Below, piece by piece: positions 10,678-21,614 of a DNA stretch of 64,000 nucleotides. This DNA comes from Octopus vulgaris (lineage: Eukaryota), in the NCBI GenBank assembly GCA_951406725.2, contig OX597818.1, positions 48,670,001 through 48,734,000 of the forward strand. Reading direction: 5' to 3'. The translations under genes were made by a program, and so were the position numbers. Position 1 is the stretch's first letter. Every line of letters starts with the position of its first letter. The notes under the pieces are model-generated. The model saw only the letters and a program-made list of their open reading frames with translations. It had not been told where the DNA came from and searched no databases.

Positions 10678-11330
10678 AGGCACAACCGTTGCTGTGTGGT
10701 AAGAAGTTTGCTTCTCAACATGGTTCCTGGTTCAATCCCACTGTGTGGCACATTGGGCAATTGTTTTCTACTATAGTCTTGGGTTGACCAAAGCCTTGTG
10801 AATGGATTTGGTAGATGGAAACTGAAAGAAGCCCAACGTATATATATATACATGCACATATATATATGTCTATATGTTTGTTATTTCTTTACTGCTCACA
10901 AGAGGCTACACACAGAGGGGACAAACAAGGACAGACAAAGGGATTAAGTCGATTATATTGACCCCAGTGCGTAACTGGTACTTATTTAACCAACCCTGAA
11001 AGGATGAAAGGCAAAGTCGACCTTTGCGGAATTTGAACTCAGAACGTAACGGCAGAGGAAATACCGCTAAACATTTCGCCCGGCATGCTAACATTCCTGC
11101 CATCTCGCCGCCTTATATGTGTCTATATGGTTGTGTCGGTTTTTGTCCTCCACCATCCCTTGACAATGGGTGTTGATGTGTTTATGTCCCTGTAACTTAG
11201 CAGTTTGGCAAAGGAACTGATAGAATAAGTACCAGGCTTACAGCACTGGGACTGATTTGTTCAACTTAAATTCCTCAAAATGATGCCCCAGCATGGCCAC
11301 AGTCTAATGACTGAAACCAGTAAAAGATAT
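10678..11330 (+). mobile_element. SINE family B with nested SINE family A (10882-11113, -)
   Basis: Family A copy inserted in the central microsatellite of family B. Confidence 0.82.
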
Positions 11331-11789
11331 AAGATATGTACATACACACACACACACACACACATAAAGTAAGCAGAAAATGGAGAAATGTTGACCAACA
11401 ACAATTGACTTACATCAATTATTATTTTTTAATTCAATACAAAAAATAGACTGCATTCCGTCAAACAGCTGTTTCTGCTTCTGATGTTATATGGTATTGC
11501 CATTGATATGTTAAAAAATAATATTCATCATATTTGGTAATAAAATCAATCTGGAACATGGATAAATAATATGCGTGTGTGTGTGTGACAGTAAGTTGCA
11601 AATTTTTTTTAATATTTTGTCAGAGTTCACTTTAATTCTGCTCACTGTGATGTCAAAAATCAAACAAGTTATAAATGCATTAGAGTTACAATAAGAACGG
11701 GATGGAAGGTGATGAACTGGCAGAAATGTAAGCACACCAGGTGAAATGCTTAGTGGTATTTCGTCTGTCTTTACATTCTGAGTTCAAAT

Positions 11790-13195
11790 CGCCAAACTGA
11801 TGGAATCCTGTATCAGAGAAACCCTCTGGAACTTCTGGAAGTCTCACAGCCTCATCCAGCCTTCACAATTCGGATTTATTCCTAACTCCAGCTGCTGTAA
11901 TCAACTCATCGAGTTTCTTGAGGATGTTACCCAAATCACTGATTGCGGATCCTGGGTGGATGTTGTTTACCTGGACTTTGCTAAGGCTTTTAACTCTGTG
12001 CCACACAAAAGACTTATGGTGAAGCTTTCTGCGTTGGGTGTAAGAGACGAACTCTATAACTGGTTAAAGTCCTTTATTTTCGGCCAAAAAGAGGTTGTCA
12101 CAGTTCTAGGACAGCACTCTTCGCCCTATGAGATGACATCTGGTGTGCCGCAGGGATCTGTTCTTGGCCCCCTTTTATTTGTTGCATATGTTAATGACAT
12201 AGATGCCAACTTAAAGAATGCCACAGTGCTGAAATATGCAGATGACATCAAGCTGTACCTCGAAATAAAGAGGTCAAATCCTATACACTATAGATCTCTA
12301 TTGCAAGCAGACCTGGACACAATGCAGCAGTGGATCATGGACTGGCAACTCAAGCTGGCTGTGGACAAATGTACCACCATGCATTTTGGGAGGAGAAACC
12401 CAGCGTCCACCTACTCCCTCCACAACACTAGTCTCAAAAAGTCTTCATGTGAACGTGACCTGGGTGTTATTGTTGACAGTGATTTGCGTTGGACAAAACA
12501 CATCGCTAAAATTGTCAAGAAGGCTGAGGGTGTCTTGGCATCACTCACCAAATCCTTTGTGAGCCGCTCTCCGGCTATCTATCTGCGGCTTTATATAGCT
12601 ATGGTAAGACCTCAACTGGAATTTGCATCACCGGTCTGGAACCCCTATCTTGCCCAGGATATCAATCGTCTGGAAGCTGTTCAGCGACGTGCAACCAAAA
12701 GAATACCCTCCATCAGGTATTTGCCATATCCTGAACGCCTTACTTCCCTGGGCATGGACACATTGAAACTCCAACGTCTGGCAGCTGACTTGGCAGACAT
12801 CCATAAAATTATCAACCATCGTACAAACAATAACTCTGAGCACCTTTTTAAACTCCACCCATCTAACACCCGTGGACATATTTACAAAATAAGAAAACAG
12901 CACAGCTCCCATGACTTCAGGAAACATTTTTTCACGCTGAGAGTTGCTGAAGCATGGAACAAACTGCCGGCATCAGTTGTTAGTTGTCGGAGCACTGCAT
13001 CCTTCAAAACTTCCATGCTTCTTGAGATTCGCCAACACTACACTTGATTTTCTCCCCTCCATACACACACAAGCATGTATCTGACTCATACATTGTTCGC
13101 TTTCCAGACATTTCTACATTACTGCATGTACTTTATATGCACTTTCTGACAAGTTGTGGTGCACCTGAGCACTGTATACAATAATTTCATTATTA
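11790..13195 (+). mobile_element. 5'-truncated CR1-group LINE inserted in a family A SINE
   Basis: RT ORF, ~150-bp 3' UTR and (ATT)n tail. The host SINE breaks after GAGTTCAAAT (11789) and resumes near 13203. Confidence 0.92.
11800..13047 (+). CDS. Reverse transcriptase domain and C-terminus of CR1-group LINE ORF2 (no endonuclease; 5' truncated)
   Basis: QFGF, YLDFAKAFNSVPH, SGVPQGSVLGPLLF, KYADD, ERDLGV, VRPQLEFASPVWNP motifs; open for 415 codons. Confidence 0.9.
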   Translation: MESCIRETLWNFWKSHSLIQPSQFGFIPNSSCCNQLIEFLEDVTQITDCGSWVDVVYLDFAKAFNSVPHKRLMVKLSALGVRDELYNWLKSFIFGQKEVVTVLGQHSSPYEMTSGVPQGSVLGPLLFVAYVNDIDANLKNATVLKYADDIKLYLEIKRSNPIHYRSLLQADLDTMQQWIMDWQLKLAVDKCTTMHFGRRNPASTYSLHNTSLKKSSCERDLGVIVDSDLRWTKHIAKIVKKAEGVLASLTKSFVSRSPAIYLRLYIAMVRPQLEFASPVWNPYLAQDINRLEAVQRRATKRIPSIRYLPYPERLTSLGMDTLKLQRLAADLADIHKIINHRTNNNSEHLFKLHPSNTRGHIYKIRKQHSSHDFRKHFFTLRVAEAWNKLPASVVSCRSTASFKTSMLLEIRQHYT

Positions 13196-13260
13196 TATAT
13201 TTTAAATTCTGCTGAAGTCAACTTTGCCTTTCATCCTTTTGGAGTCAATAAATTAAGTAC

Positions 13261-13493
13261 CTATTTCTTTACTACCCACAAGGGGCTAAACACAGAGGAG
13301 ACAAACAAGGACAGACAAAGGGATTAAGTCGATTATATCAACCCCAGTGCGTAACTGGTACTTAATTTATCGACCCCGAAAGGATGAAAGGCAAAGTTGA
13401 CCTCGGCGGAATTTGAACTCAGAACGTAACGGCAGATGAAATACCGCTAAGCATTTCGCCCGGCGTGCTAACGTTTCTGCCAGCTCGCTGCCG
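13261..13493 (-). mobile_element. SINE family A nested in another family A copy, with TSD
   Basis: CAATAAATTAAGTAC duplicated at 13246-13260 and 13494-13508. Confidence 0.9.
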
Positions 13494-13689
13494 CAATAAA
13501 TTAAGTACCACTTACATCCTGGGGTCAATCTAATTGACTGGCCCCTCCCCCAAAATTTCAGGTCTTGTGCCTAGAGTAGAAAAGAATAAGATCAGGGTAG
13601 AAAAAGTTGAGATAGAAAGGGATTTTCATTTTTAGTGAATGGTATTTTGCTTGTGTATGAAGTGTGAAACTGCATGACAGAATGTAGAC

Positions 13690-13965
13690 ATTGAATGCAG
13701 AGGATATGAAATGGTTGGAAAGAAAGAAACAAGCATTTTCCTTCTTATGTGTGTTGTTTGAATGTTAGTGTTCGTGAGCGACATGGTACAGATGAACTGA
13801 GACAAAAACTGGGTCTGAGAGGAATTAGTTCTTATGTGTAAGAGAGGTGACTGCATTGACATAAACATGTGATGCATTTGGATGGTAACTGAGGAGTAAA
13901 GAAAGAAGAGGCAAGAGCCTCAGGATGTTGGGCCTCACAAAAGAGATGACAAATGATGAGAGGGT
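13690..13965 (+). pseudogene. Highly degraded RTE LINE C-terminal fragment
   Basis: Similar to 56780-57130 (AGCCTCAGGATGTTGGGCCTCAC; RRLH..HVM relic). Confidence 0.55.
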
Positions 13966-14035
13966 GAGTTGAATACAGACTATATCTACTCTCTCTCTCT
14001 CACACACACGTACTTGGGTGTGTAGTGGATATTAA

Positions 14036-14317
14036 TCATCATCATCATCATTTAACATCCGCTTTCCATACTAGCATGGGTTGGATGATTTGACTGAGGA
14101 CTGGGGAACCAGATGGTTGCGCCAGGCTTCAATCTTGATCTGGCAGAGTTTCTACAGCTGGATGCCCTTCCTAACGCCAACCTCTCCAAGAGTGTAGTGG
14201 GTGCGAGGGCCAGTCTTGCAGTACTGGCAACACCCACGCTCGAAATGGTGATTTTATGTGCCAGTAAGGCAATGCTGGTAACGATCACATGCAAATGGTA
14301 CTTTTTACATGCCACCA
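14036..14317 (-). mobile_element. RTE 3' UTR repeat with (GAT)n tail
   Basis: (CAT)n followed by TTAACATCCGCTTTCCAT..GCATGGGTTGGA; CTACAGCTGGATGCCCTTCCTAACGCCAAC. Confidence 0.85.
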
Positions 14318-14322
14318 ATAAC

Positions 14323-14484
14323 ATTTTATTTTGGTTTAGCCAGTTTCTTGCTACTACGAGTTTCATCTGTGAGTGCACAGGGTCTTCAGGAAAGTAATTT
14401 TCAGTTATGATTTACCTGAAGATCCTGTGCATGTACAGGTGAAACTCACAAAACAACAAGAGATTGACTTGACCAAAATAAAAT
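14323..14484. repeat. Fold-back (~70-bp arms) with an outward-facing hammerhead core in each arm
   Basis: Right arm tac-CTGAAGA-t-CCTGT-gcatgt-ACAGG-t-GAAAC; left arm (minus) CTGAAGA-ccctgt-gcactc-acagat-GAAAC-tc-GTA-gta. Confidence 0.7.
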
Positions 14485-14485
14485 A

Positions 14486-14566
<81 letters not shown>

Positions 14567-15030
14567 CAGAAGATGGGCAATTTGACAAGATCTGACAGGT
14601 TCTATGCTCCAATGTCTACTTTGGCATGATTTCTACAAATGCCTTTCCTAATGCCAACTGTGTGAGTGTATGTATGTATGCATGTATGTATGTATGTATG
14701 TATGCTTGTGTGTATGTATGTTTGTATGTATGTATGTATGTATGTATGTACATATAGGTATGTATGTATGTATGTGTAGGTATGTATGTGTGTATGTTTG
14801 TATGTATGTATGTATGTGTGTATGTTTGTGTATGTATGTGTGAGTATATGTGAGTATATGTGAGTGTGTGTGTGTGCATGTGTGTGTGTGTGTGTGTAGC
14901 TTTGTCAATGTAATTCTGTATTTAACGTTTATCAGTATAAATGAGTGTGCCAAGTTGCATCATTTTATGTGAAAAACTGAAACAACTCATCATCATCATC
15001 ATCATCATCATCATCGTCATCATCATCATC
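14486..15030. repeat. Microsatellite cluster (CAT)n(CAG)n, (TATG)n/(TG)n, (CAT)n with RTE-UTR relics
   Basis: Directly visible simple repeats. Confidence 0.9.
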
Positions 15031-15287
15031 CTTTAATATCGATCATCCACACTGGCTTGAGTTGGATGGTTTGATCAGAGCTGGGAAGCTGGAGAGCTGC
15101 ACTTAGTTCCAGTCTGATTTGGGTTTGGTTTCCACTGCTGAATGCCCTTGAATATATAAAATATGTACCTAACCCAAATAAGTATTGGATTGATATGATT
15201 GGCTAAAACCCTTGAAGAGGATATCCTAATCCAGCATTATTACTGTCCAAAGTTAGTAAAATTACAAAATTACAAAGATATTGGCCA

Positions 15288-16075
15288 GAAGTGGCTGTGT
15301 GGTAAGTAGCTTGCTTACCAACCACATGGTCCCAGGTTCAGTTGACTGTGTGGCACCTTGGGCAAGTGTCTTCTACTATAGCCTTGGGCTGACCAAAGCC
15401 TTGTGAGTGGACCAAAGCCTTGTGAGATGGAAACTGAAAGACGCCTGTCGTATATATTTGTTTGTCTGTGTTTGTCCCCCACCATCACATGACAACCGAT
15501 GTTGGTGTGTTTATGTCCCTGTAACTTAGCAGTTTGACAAAAGAGACTGATAGAATAAGTACTAGGCTTACAAAGAATAAGTCCTGGGCTTGATTTGTTC
15601 GACTAAAATACAGTGCTCCAGTATGGTCGTAGTCAGTTGACTGAAACAAATAAAAGAATGAAAGAATAGGTGTAGGAGTGGCTGTGTGGTAAGTAGATTG
15701 CTTACGAACCACATGGTCCCGGGTTCAGTCCCACTGCGTGGCACCTTGGGCAAATGTCTTCTACTATAACCTCGGGCCGACCAAAGCCTTGTGAGTGGAT
15801 TTCGTAGGCATAAACTGAAAGAAGCCCACTGTATATATGTATATATGCATGTTTGTGTGTCTGTGTTTGTCCCCCCCACCCCAACATCGCTTGACAACAA
15901 ATGGTGGTGTGTGTTTACATCCCCGTAACTTAGCGGTTCGGCAAAAGACACCAATAGAATAAGTACTAGGCTTACAAAGAATAAGTCCTGGGGTCGATTT
16001 GCTCGACTAAAAAAGGCGATGCTCCAGCATGGCCACAGTCAAATGACTGAAACAAGTAAAAGAATAAAAGAGTAA
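15288..16075 (+). mobile_element. Two tandem SINE family B copies (15288-15665, 15668-16075)
   Basis: Each has the head, central microsatellite and GACTGAAACAA(G)TAAAAGA tail. Confidence 0.88.
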
Positions 16076-16639
16076 TTCTAATTAGCAGATTTTTGGTTCA
16101 TTATATAACTGCACACACACACACATATACACGCATGCATGCACATACACATAAACATGCATGCACACACACACACAAGTAGACAGAGAGAGCAATAATT
16201 TAAGACTGTTTATTTTCTTTCTTCTTCGCTTAAAAATAATTTCTTTCTTAAGGGTTCCAGTTTTCAACCCTTTACATTTCTTCAATTCTTTCTTTTTTCT
16301 TATCTCTTCCCTAAATTTTATGCATTTCTCAGAATTTTGTTTTCCATTCTTCATGTGTTTTATTGTCTTATTCACTCTTGTTTCTTGCTTCTCTCGGCTC
16401 AGTTTTTTTTTCTGCTTCTTTTCCTTTTCCTTTTTATTGCCTGTTTTCTTTTGCCTTGTTTTGCCTTATTTTTGCTGAAGCATTTTCTTGTTTAGTCTTA
16501 AATCTGCTCTGATGCAGCAGAACAGCAGACCTATGTGTTACAAATGTGTTCCAGTTCTGACAATCTCATCTTTTCTTTTCTTCAGACATAGCATATAGGA
16601 CTAAGTTATTCAGTATGTCCATTCTTTTATTAAGAGGGT

Positions 16640-17045
16640 ACTCTCTCTCCTTACTCTTTTACTTGCTTCAGTCATTTGACTGTGGACATGCTGGAGCACC
16701 GCCTTTTAGTCGAGCAAATCAACCCCAGGACTTATTCTTTGTAAGCCCAGTACTTATTCTATCCGTCTCTTTTGCTGAACTGCTAAGTTACAGGGACATA
16801 AACACACCAGCATCAGTTGTCAAGCGATGTTGGGAGGCCAAACATAGACACACAAACATATACACATGCACATACATATATATATATACATATATACGAC
16901 GAGCTTCTTTCAGTTTCCACCTACCAAATCCACTTACAAGGCCCGAGGCTATAGTAGAAGACACTTGCCCAAGGTGCCACACAGTGGGACTGAACCCAGA
17001 ACAATGTGGTTTGTAAGCAAGTTACTTACCACACAACCACTCCCA
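16640..17045 (-). mobile_element. SINE family B
   Basis: Full-length reverse-complement copy. Confidence 0.88.
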
Positions 17046-18365
17046 GGGTAGGGCATGCCACAAGGAATATATCACTGTTATTTCTAATTGGGAGCAACCA
17101 TATAGAAGTTTCCTCATTGACTTAACAATGTTTTTAATCCCAATGGCATTGGTTGACATAAATTTACATTTGCTGTGTATTTGCTTTAAATTGGATCATG
17201 TAATGTGTCAATATATACACAACCTTATCTGCTCTGGTTTTGAACTGGTTTTTGTACTGGTTGGTGTAAATATGTGCTGTCACTCACAGAGTCAATAATA
17301 GAGGCCACTGTGCAAATGGCTACCATTGGGATGGCCTGGCTGCCTGATAAACCAACTGTTGTCATAGGGTTAAGAATCAATTCTTTAATATATTGATTCT
17401 ATGTCAAGTGGTACAACTGGTACTATGATGCCTTCCTTTGTCCTGGGCCCTCAGCTCCTGACATGTAACATGTTTGGACATCTGCACCAGCTTTGTCTAT
17501 CCCTCTTCAGGTCTGACCACAAGTGATTTTTTTTTCCTGAAAGAGATTAAAAATTGGAGACAGGAAAACTGATTTGAGTAGTGGTGAGAGAGAGGGCGGA
17601 GAAAGAGAGAGAGTGAGAGAGTGTGGGAGAGGGAGAGAAGGGGGAGAGAGAGGAGGGAGAGAGGGAGAGAGAGAAGGAGAGAAGGAGAGGGAGAGAGAGA
17701 GAGAAAGAGAGAGGGGGGGGGGGAGAGCATTGGGGTTTTGTTGACATGTCTCTGCCTAATAGAAAGAAATGCATTAACTGGTTTATATGCTCTAGTCAAT
17801 TGCAAGTATTTGGCTCTGAACGTTGCATGCCTTCTTGAATCTCTGAGCCAATGAAAAAACAGCATTTTTTCATGTGGGAACAACATGTAGACTGCCTCAT
17901 TAAACCTTCCTTCCAAATCAATAACAATGGATTCTAGCCCATGTCTAGAAAAAAACGATTAAGCATGAAGTCAATTCCATTTGTAAGTAAAGCTAGTACA
18001 GCTGGAAACTAAAGCTAAACCCAAAGAAGTATACTTAGCTATTCTGCAACACAATTAGGTTCAAGTCAAAATTGGTGCCCCAGTTTGAAGATAACTGATA
18101 AAGAGATAACACATAATCTGATACTTATGCTTTTTGAATGGAAGTATGACAGACAGCTAATATTTAATGGCTTAAAGCTGGCGAGTTGCCAGTTGTTAGC
18201 ATGCTGGGCAAAATGCTTAGTGACATTTTATCTGTCTTTATGTTCTGAGTTCAAATTCTTCCAAGGTCCATTTTGCCTTTCATCCTTTTGGAGTTGATAA
18301 ATTAAGTATTAGTTTAGGACTGGAGTCGATGTAATACACTTCCCCTATCCCCCCAAAGCCAATAT

Positions 18366-18784
18366 GGGATCTTTTCGGTTCGAACGGCAGTTTTTTAAAA
18401 TAATTTCCACGTAACTAAACACTTTTAAACTTCGTATACTGGTAGAATGTGTTTATAAAACATCTTTTTCTCTTGGCTTTATTGAGAAAATTCTATAGTT
18501 TGTAAGATATTTGTTGTTATTTTCTTCAATTTCTGCAATTTCAGCCAATCAATGACATCTATTGAGGTGAAAAACATTCTGTGCTGTATGAATATGTCCC
18601 TCGTTTAAGAAACAGATTGGGTTTATTTACATTTCTGAAGAAAAAAAGATACCCTTCCCCCCACCCCTAACCCTAACCCTAAAACAGATTGAAATGCAAT
18701 AGATCGATATTAGGGTCATAATTATGGGTGACAATTTCATATGACACCACTAGAAAAAACTGCCGTTCAAACCGAAAAGACCCC
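18366..18784. mobile_element. MITE of the GGGATCTTTTC family with 6-bp TSD and internal (CCCTAA)3
   Basis: GGGATCTTTTCGGTTCGAACGGCAGTTTTT / AAAAACTGCCGTTCAAACCGAAAAGACCCC; CAATAT duplicated at 18360-18365 and 18785-18790. Confidence 0.9.
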
Positions 18785-18979
18785 CAATATGTAATGGCTT
18801 ACATCAAAACTATTATTTTTATTTTTGGAACAGTGGGTCTCAAAGCACAAACAAAGCTATAAATAACAAATAAAAATTGGGTCAAAAAATCCCTTTTGCA
18901 TAGAAAAAGTCAAAGGCTACCAATGGAACACAAATCTACATCTCCTGTAGACATGACAGGCATATCTCCAATAGTTTAA

Positions 18980-19596
18980 CCCTTTTGTTACCAATCCGCC
19001 TGAGACCGTCTCTTGGTTTTGTAGTACAAATGTCTTGTTTTCAAAAGCTCTGAATTAAAATTTCCCACCAAACCTTAGTCACAATTTATGTTCCTAACAC
19101 TAGCTTAATGAAAACTAAGTTATTTTACTAAATTCTTTGTTATATTTAAAACTAGCAGTATCGCCCGGCGTTGCTTGGGTTTGTAAGGGAAATAACTATA
19201 TAAACATTTTTAGAGATGTAAAGTATAATAACCATCTCAATATGGTTAATCACAAAGGGGTGGGTGTTACTGTAGCTTTTTACGTTCTGAGATTTAATAA
19301 TACATTTTAGAGAGTTACTTCCCTTATATATGCCAAAAATGCATTAAAAATGGGAAAAAATGATGGTAAATTTTTTTTAATCGTAGACTCATCGTAGACA
19401 CGCGCTAATACCCAGAAGGGCTCGATATGAATCACGACTATAAGATACCCGCTTTTGGTTAAACTGCACCGCAAAATGTGGGAGTAGTTAGGAATCTAAA
19501 TCATAGGAGACAGACACCACACAACCTCACTTTTATATATATAGATTAATTGAAAGAAATTGAGAGCATTTCCACAGAAATATGGTAACAAAACGG
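18980..19596. mobile_element. piggyBac-type MITE with nested Helitron
   Basis: TTAA|CCCTTTTGTTACC...GGTAACAAAACGG|TTAA; related copy at 62610. Confidence 0.8.
19152..19545 (-). mobile_element. Non-autonomous Helitron
   Basis: A|TC...CTAG|T on the minus strand; same CTAGCAGTATCGCCCGGC terminus as 6641 but a different interior. Confidence 0.82.
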
Positions 19597-20394
19597 TTAA
19601 AGAATTCTCTGATTGTTGCAAATTTGTCTTGGCTCAAGTGTAGCGAAAAGAGTTTGTTATATAATTTCTATGTTTTTATTTCATATCATGCCTTTTGCAA
19701 GCAATAGCATTGTTAGTTACATGTATTCTCAATGGACCAATTATTGGTGCAATGCATTTCTTGAGGTTAGCATGGACAAGAGAATGTGTGTGTATTTTAG
19801 ATGAAATAAACACTGCAAAGTATTTTTGTTCAACACATTGGTTTATCAGCAATTTTCTCACCAATGTATATCTCTTTTGATAATATACACAGACTTACAC
19901 ACACTCACACATACATATATGATTGCTATCAACTCATAGGCAAGTATGACCATCACTGACAATTTATCTTATCCAAGATGTTTAAGAAAATGGCTCCTCA
20001 GCAAAGTTTGTGCTGAAATTTAAAATCAATAACAGCTTGCACAGCACTGCTAAGACTCTAACCTACAAAGCCAAGTGGTCCAAAATTGAGTGAGAGCAAG
20101 ATCTCCAGCTTTGCAATGAAGTGGGTGTTATTTCAGAATTTTCTCCTCTTAGAGAGATATCTAAATAAAGACTAGGGGTCTCTCATCCTCAATTGTGGAA
20201 TGGCCATTGGCTCGACTGGATTCATTCAGCCTTGGACAAGTTTTGTTTTTCATCCTACAAGGTGTCCAATGAAAACCACCTTCCTTACCGATCAGGCTTA
20301 GTAGGGTTGGTTTAGTCATTGGTGGCCCAAACATGCAACAGGTTGTACTGGGTTACATATTAACAGTAGCACTAAGAGTATATATATATAATTG

Positions 20395-20864
20395 AAATCA
20401 AATTCGATGACTGGCATCCATGCTAGAGGAATGCTGAGAGCACCATCCGAGCATGATCATTGCCAGAGCAGCTTACTGGCTTCCGTGCTGGTGGCATGTA
20501 AAAAGCACCATTTCAGCATGATCATTACCAGTGTTGCCTTACTGGCACTTGTGCCGGTGGCACATGCAAAAACATTCAAGCGAGGTCATTGCCAGTGCTA
20601 CTGGACCGGCTCCTGTGCAGGTGGCATGTAAAAAACACCATTTGAGCATGCTATTACCAGTACTGCCTGACTGGCCCCCATGCCGGTGGCATGTAAAAAC
20701 ACCCACTACACTCTCGGAGTGGTTGGCATTAGGAAGGGCATCCAGCTGTTGAAACTCTGCCAGATCAAGATTGGAGCCTGGTGCAGCCATCTGGTTCACC
20801 AGTCCTCAGTCAAATCATCCAACTCATGCTAGCATGGAAAGCGGACGTTAAACGATGATGATGA
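20395..20864 (+). mobile_element. RTE 3' UTR repeat with four internal ~65-bp units and (GAT)n tail
   Basis: Repeated GTGCYGGTGGCAYGTAAAAAGCACC units; ends GGACGTTAAACGATGATG. Confidence 0.87.
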
Positions 20865-20870
20865 TATATA

Positions 20871-21599
20871 CACTGATAGGTTTCAATTAATAACTTCCTT
20901 TATTTTACAAATAGATGCATGAAATTTTGATACAATATAATGGAAATTAATATGCACAAGTCAAATTTTGCAACACCACTACATCACATATGAAAAATGA
21001 CATTGCTTAAATGGCAGCCATTTTCAGCTTTGCACGCCCATGCTCTTTCCAAATCTAGGCTAGTCAAGTCTGGGGAACGTGAAGGCCAGTTGACATTGCT
21101 GTAGTGGGAGATTATTCTCTCTCCAAAGCAGTGCTGTAGCAACTGCATTGTTTCTCTTGTTGTATGAGAAGTTGCTCCATCTTGCTGGAACCATGGGTGA
21201 GGTCTTCTTTGAATGACCTTTATGTTCACCAGACTTGACTAGCCTAGATTTTTTCTTGTGGGGATACCTGAAAAAGAGGGTTTATGTCAACAAACCAGAG
21301 ACTCTGGTCTAACTGAAGGAGAACATCAATAGAGAAATCAGAGAAGTGGGGTCTGAAACTCTTGAGGGTGTTATGGTGCATGTTTTGGAAAGAGCACGGG
21401 CGGGCATAACGAAACCGAAAATGGCTGCCATTTAAGTGATGTCATTTTTCATATGTGATGTAGTGGTGTTGCACAATTTGACTTGTGCATATTAATTTCC
21501 ATAATATCCTTTATATTGTATCAAAACTTCATGTATCTATTAGTAAAATTAAGGAGTTATTAAAATTTGAAACTCATCAGTGACTTTTGGGACACCATG
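20871..21599. mobile_element. Tc1/mariner DD41D (rosa-like) fold-back derivative made of two inverted 3' ends
   Basis: Minus strand: FQQDGATSH...WPSRSPDLTSLD with 41 residues between the aspartates. Plus strand: PDLTSLDFFLWGYLKKRVY...ENGCHLSDVIFHM. About 180-bp outer inverted arms. Confidence 0.85.
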
Positions 21600-21614
21600 T
21601 ATATATATATATAA

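Noticed and set aside
11365-11480. Hammerhead at GAAACAGCTGTT (minus strand), with a start resembling the 31794 arm
   Set aside because: Only the 3' half of the motif is present; no CUGANGA or stem II found. At most a relic.
16082-16600. Lys-rich minus-strand ORF as an exon
   Set aside because: Interrupted by a stop and frameshift, low complexity, no recognisable domain or clear splice sites.
20480-20710. CRISPR-like array of GTGCCGGTGGCACGTAAAAAGCACC repeats with ~35-40-bp gaps (also 49915, 59690)
   Set aside because: The gaps are homologous to each other, the array is part of a dispersed RTE 3' UTR, there are no cas genes, and the context is eukaryotic.
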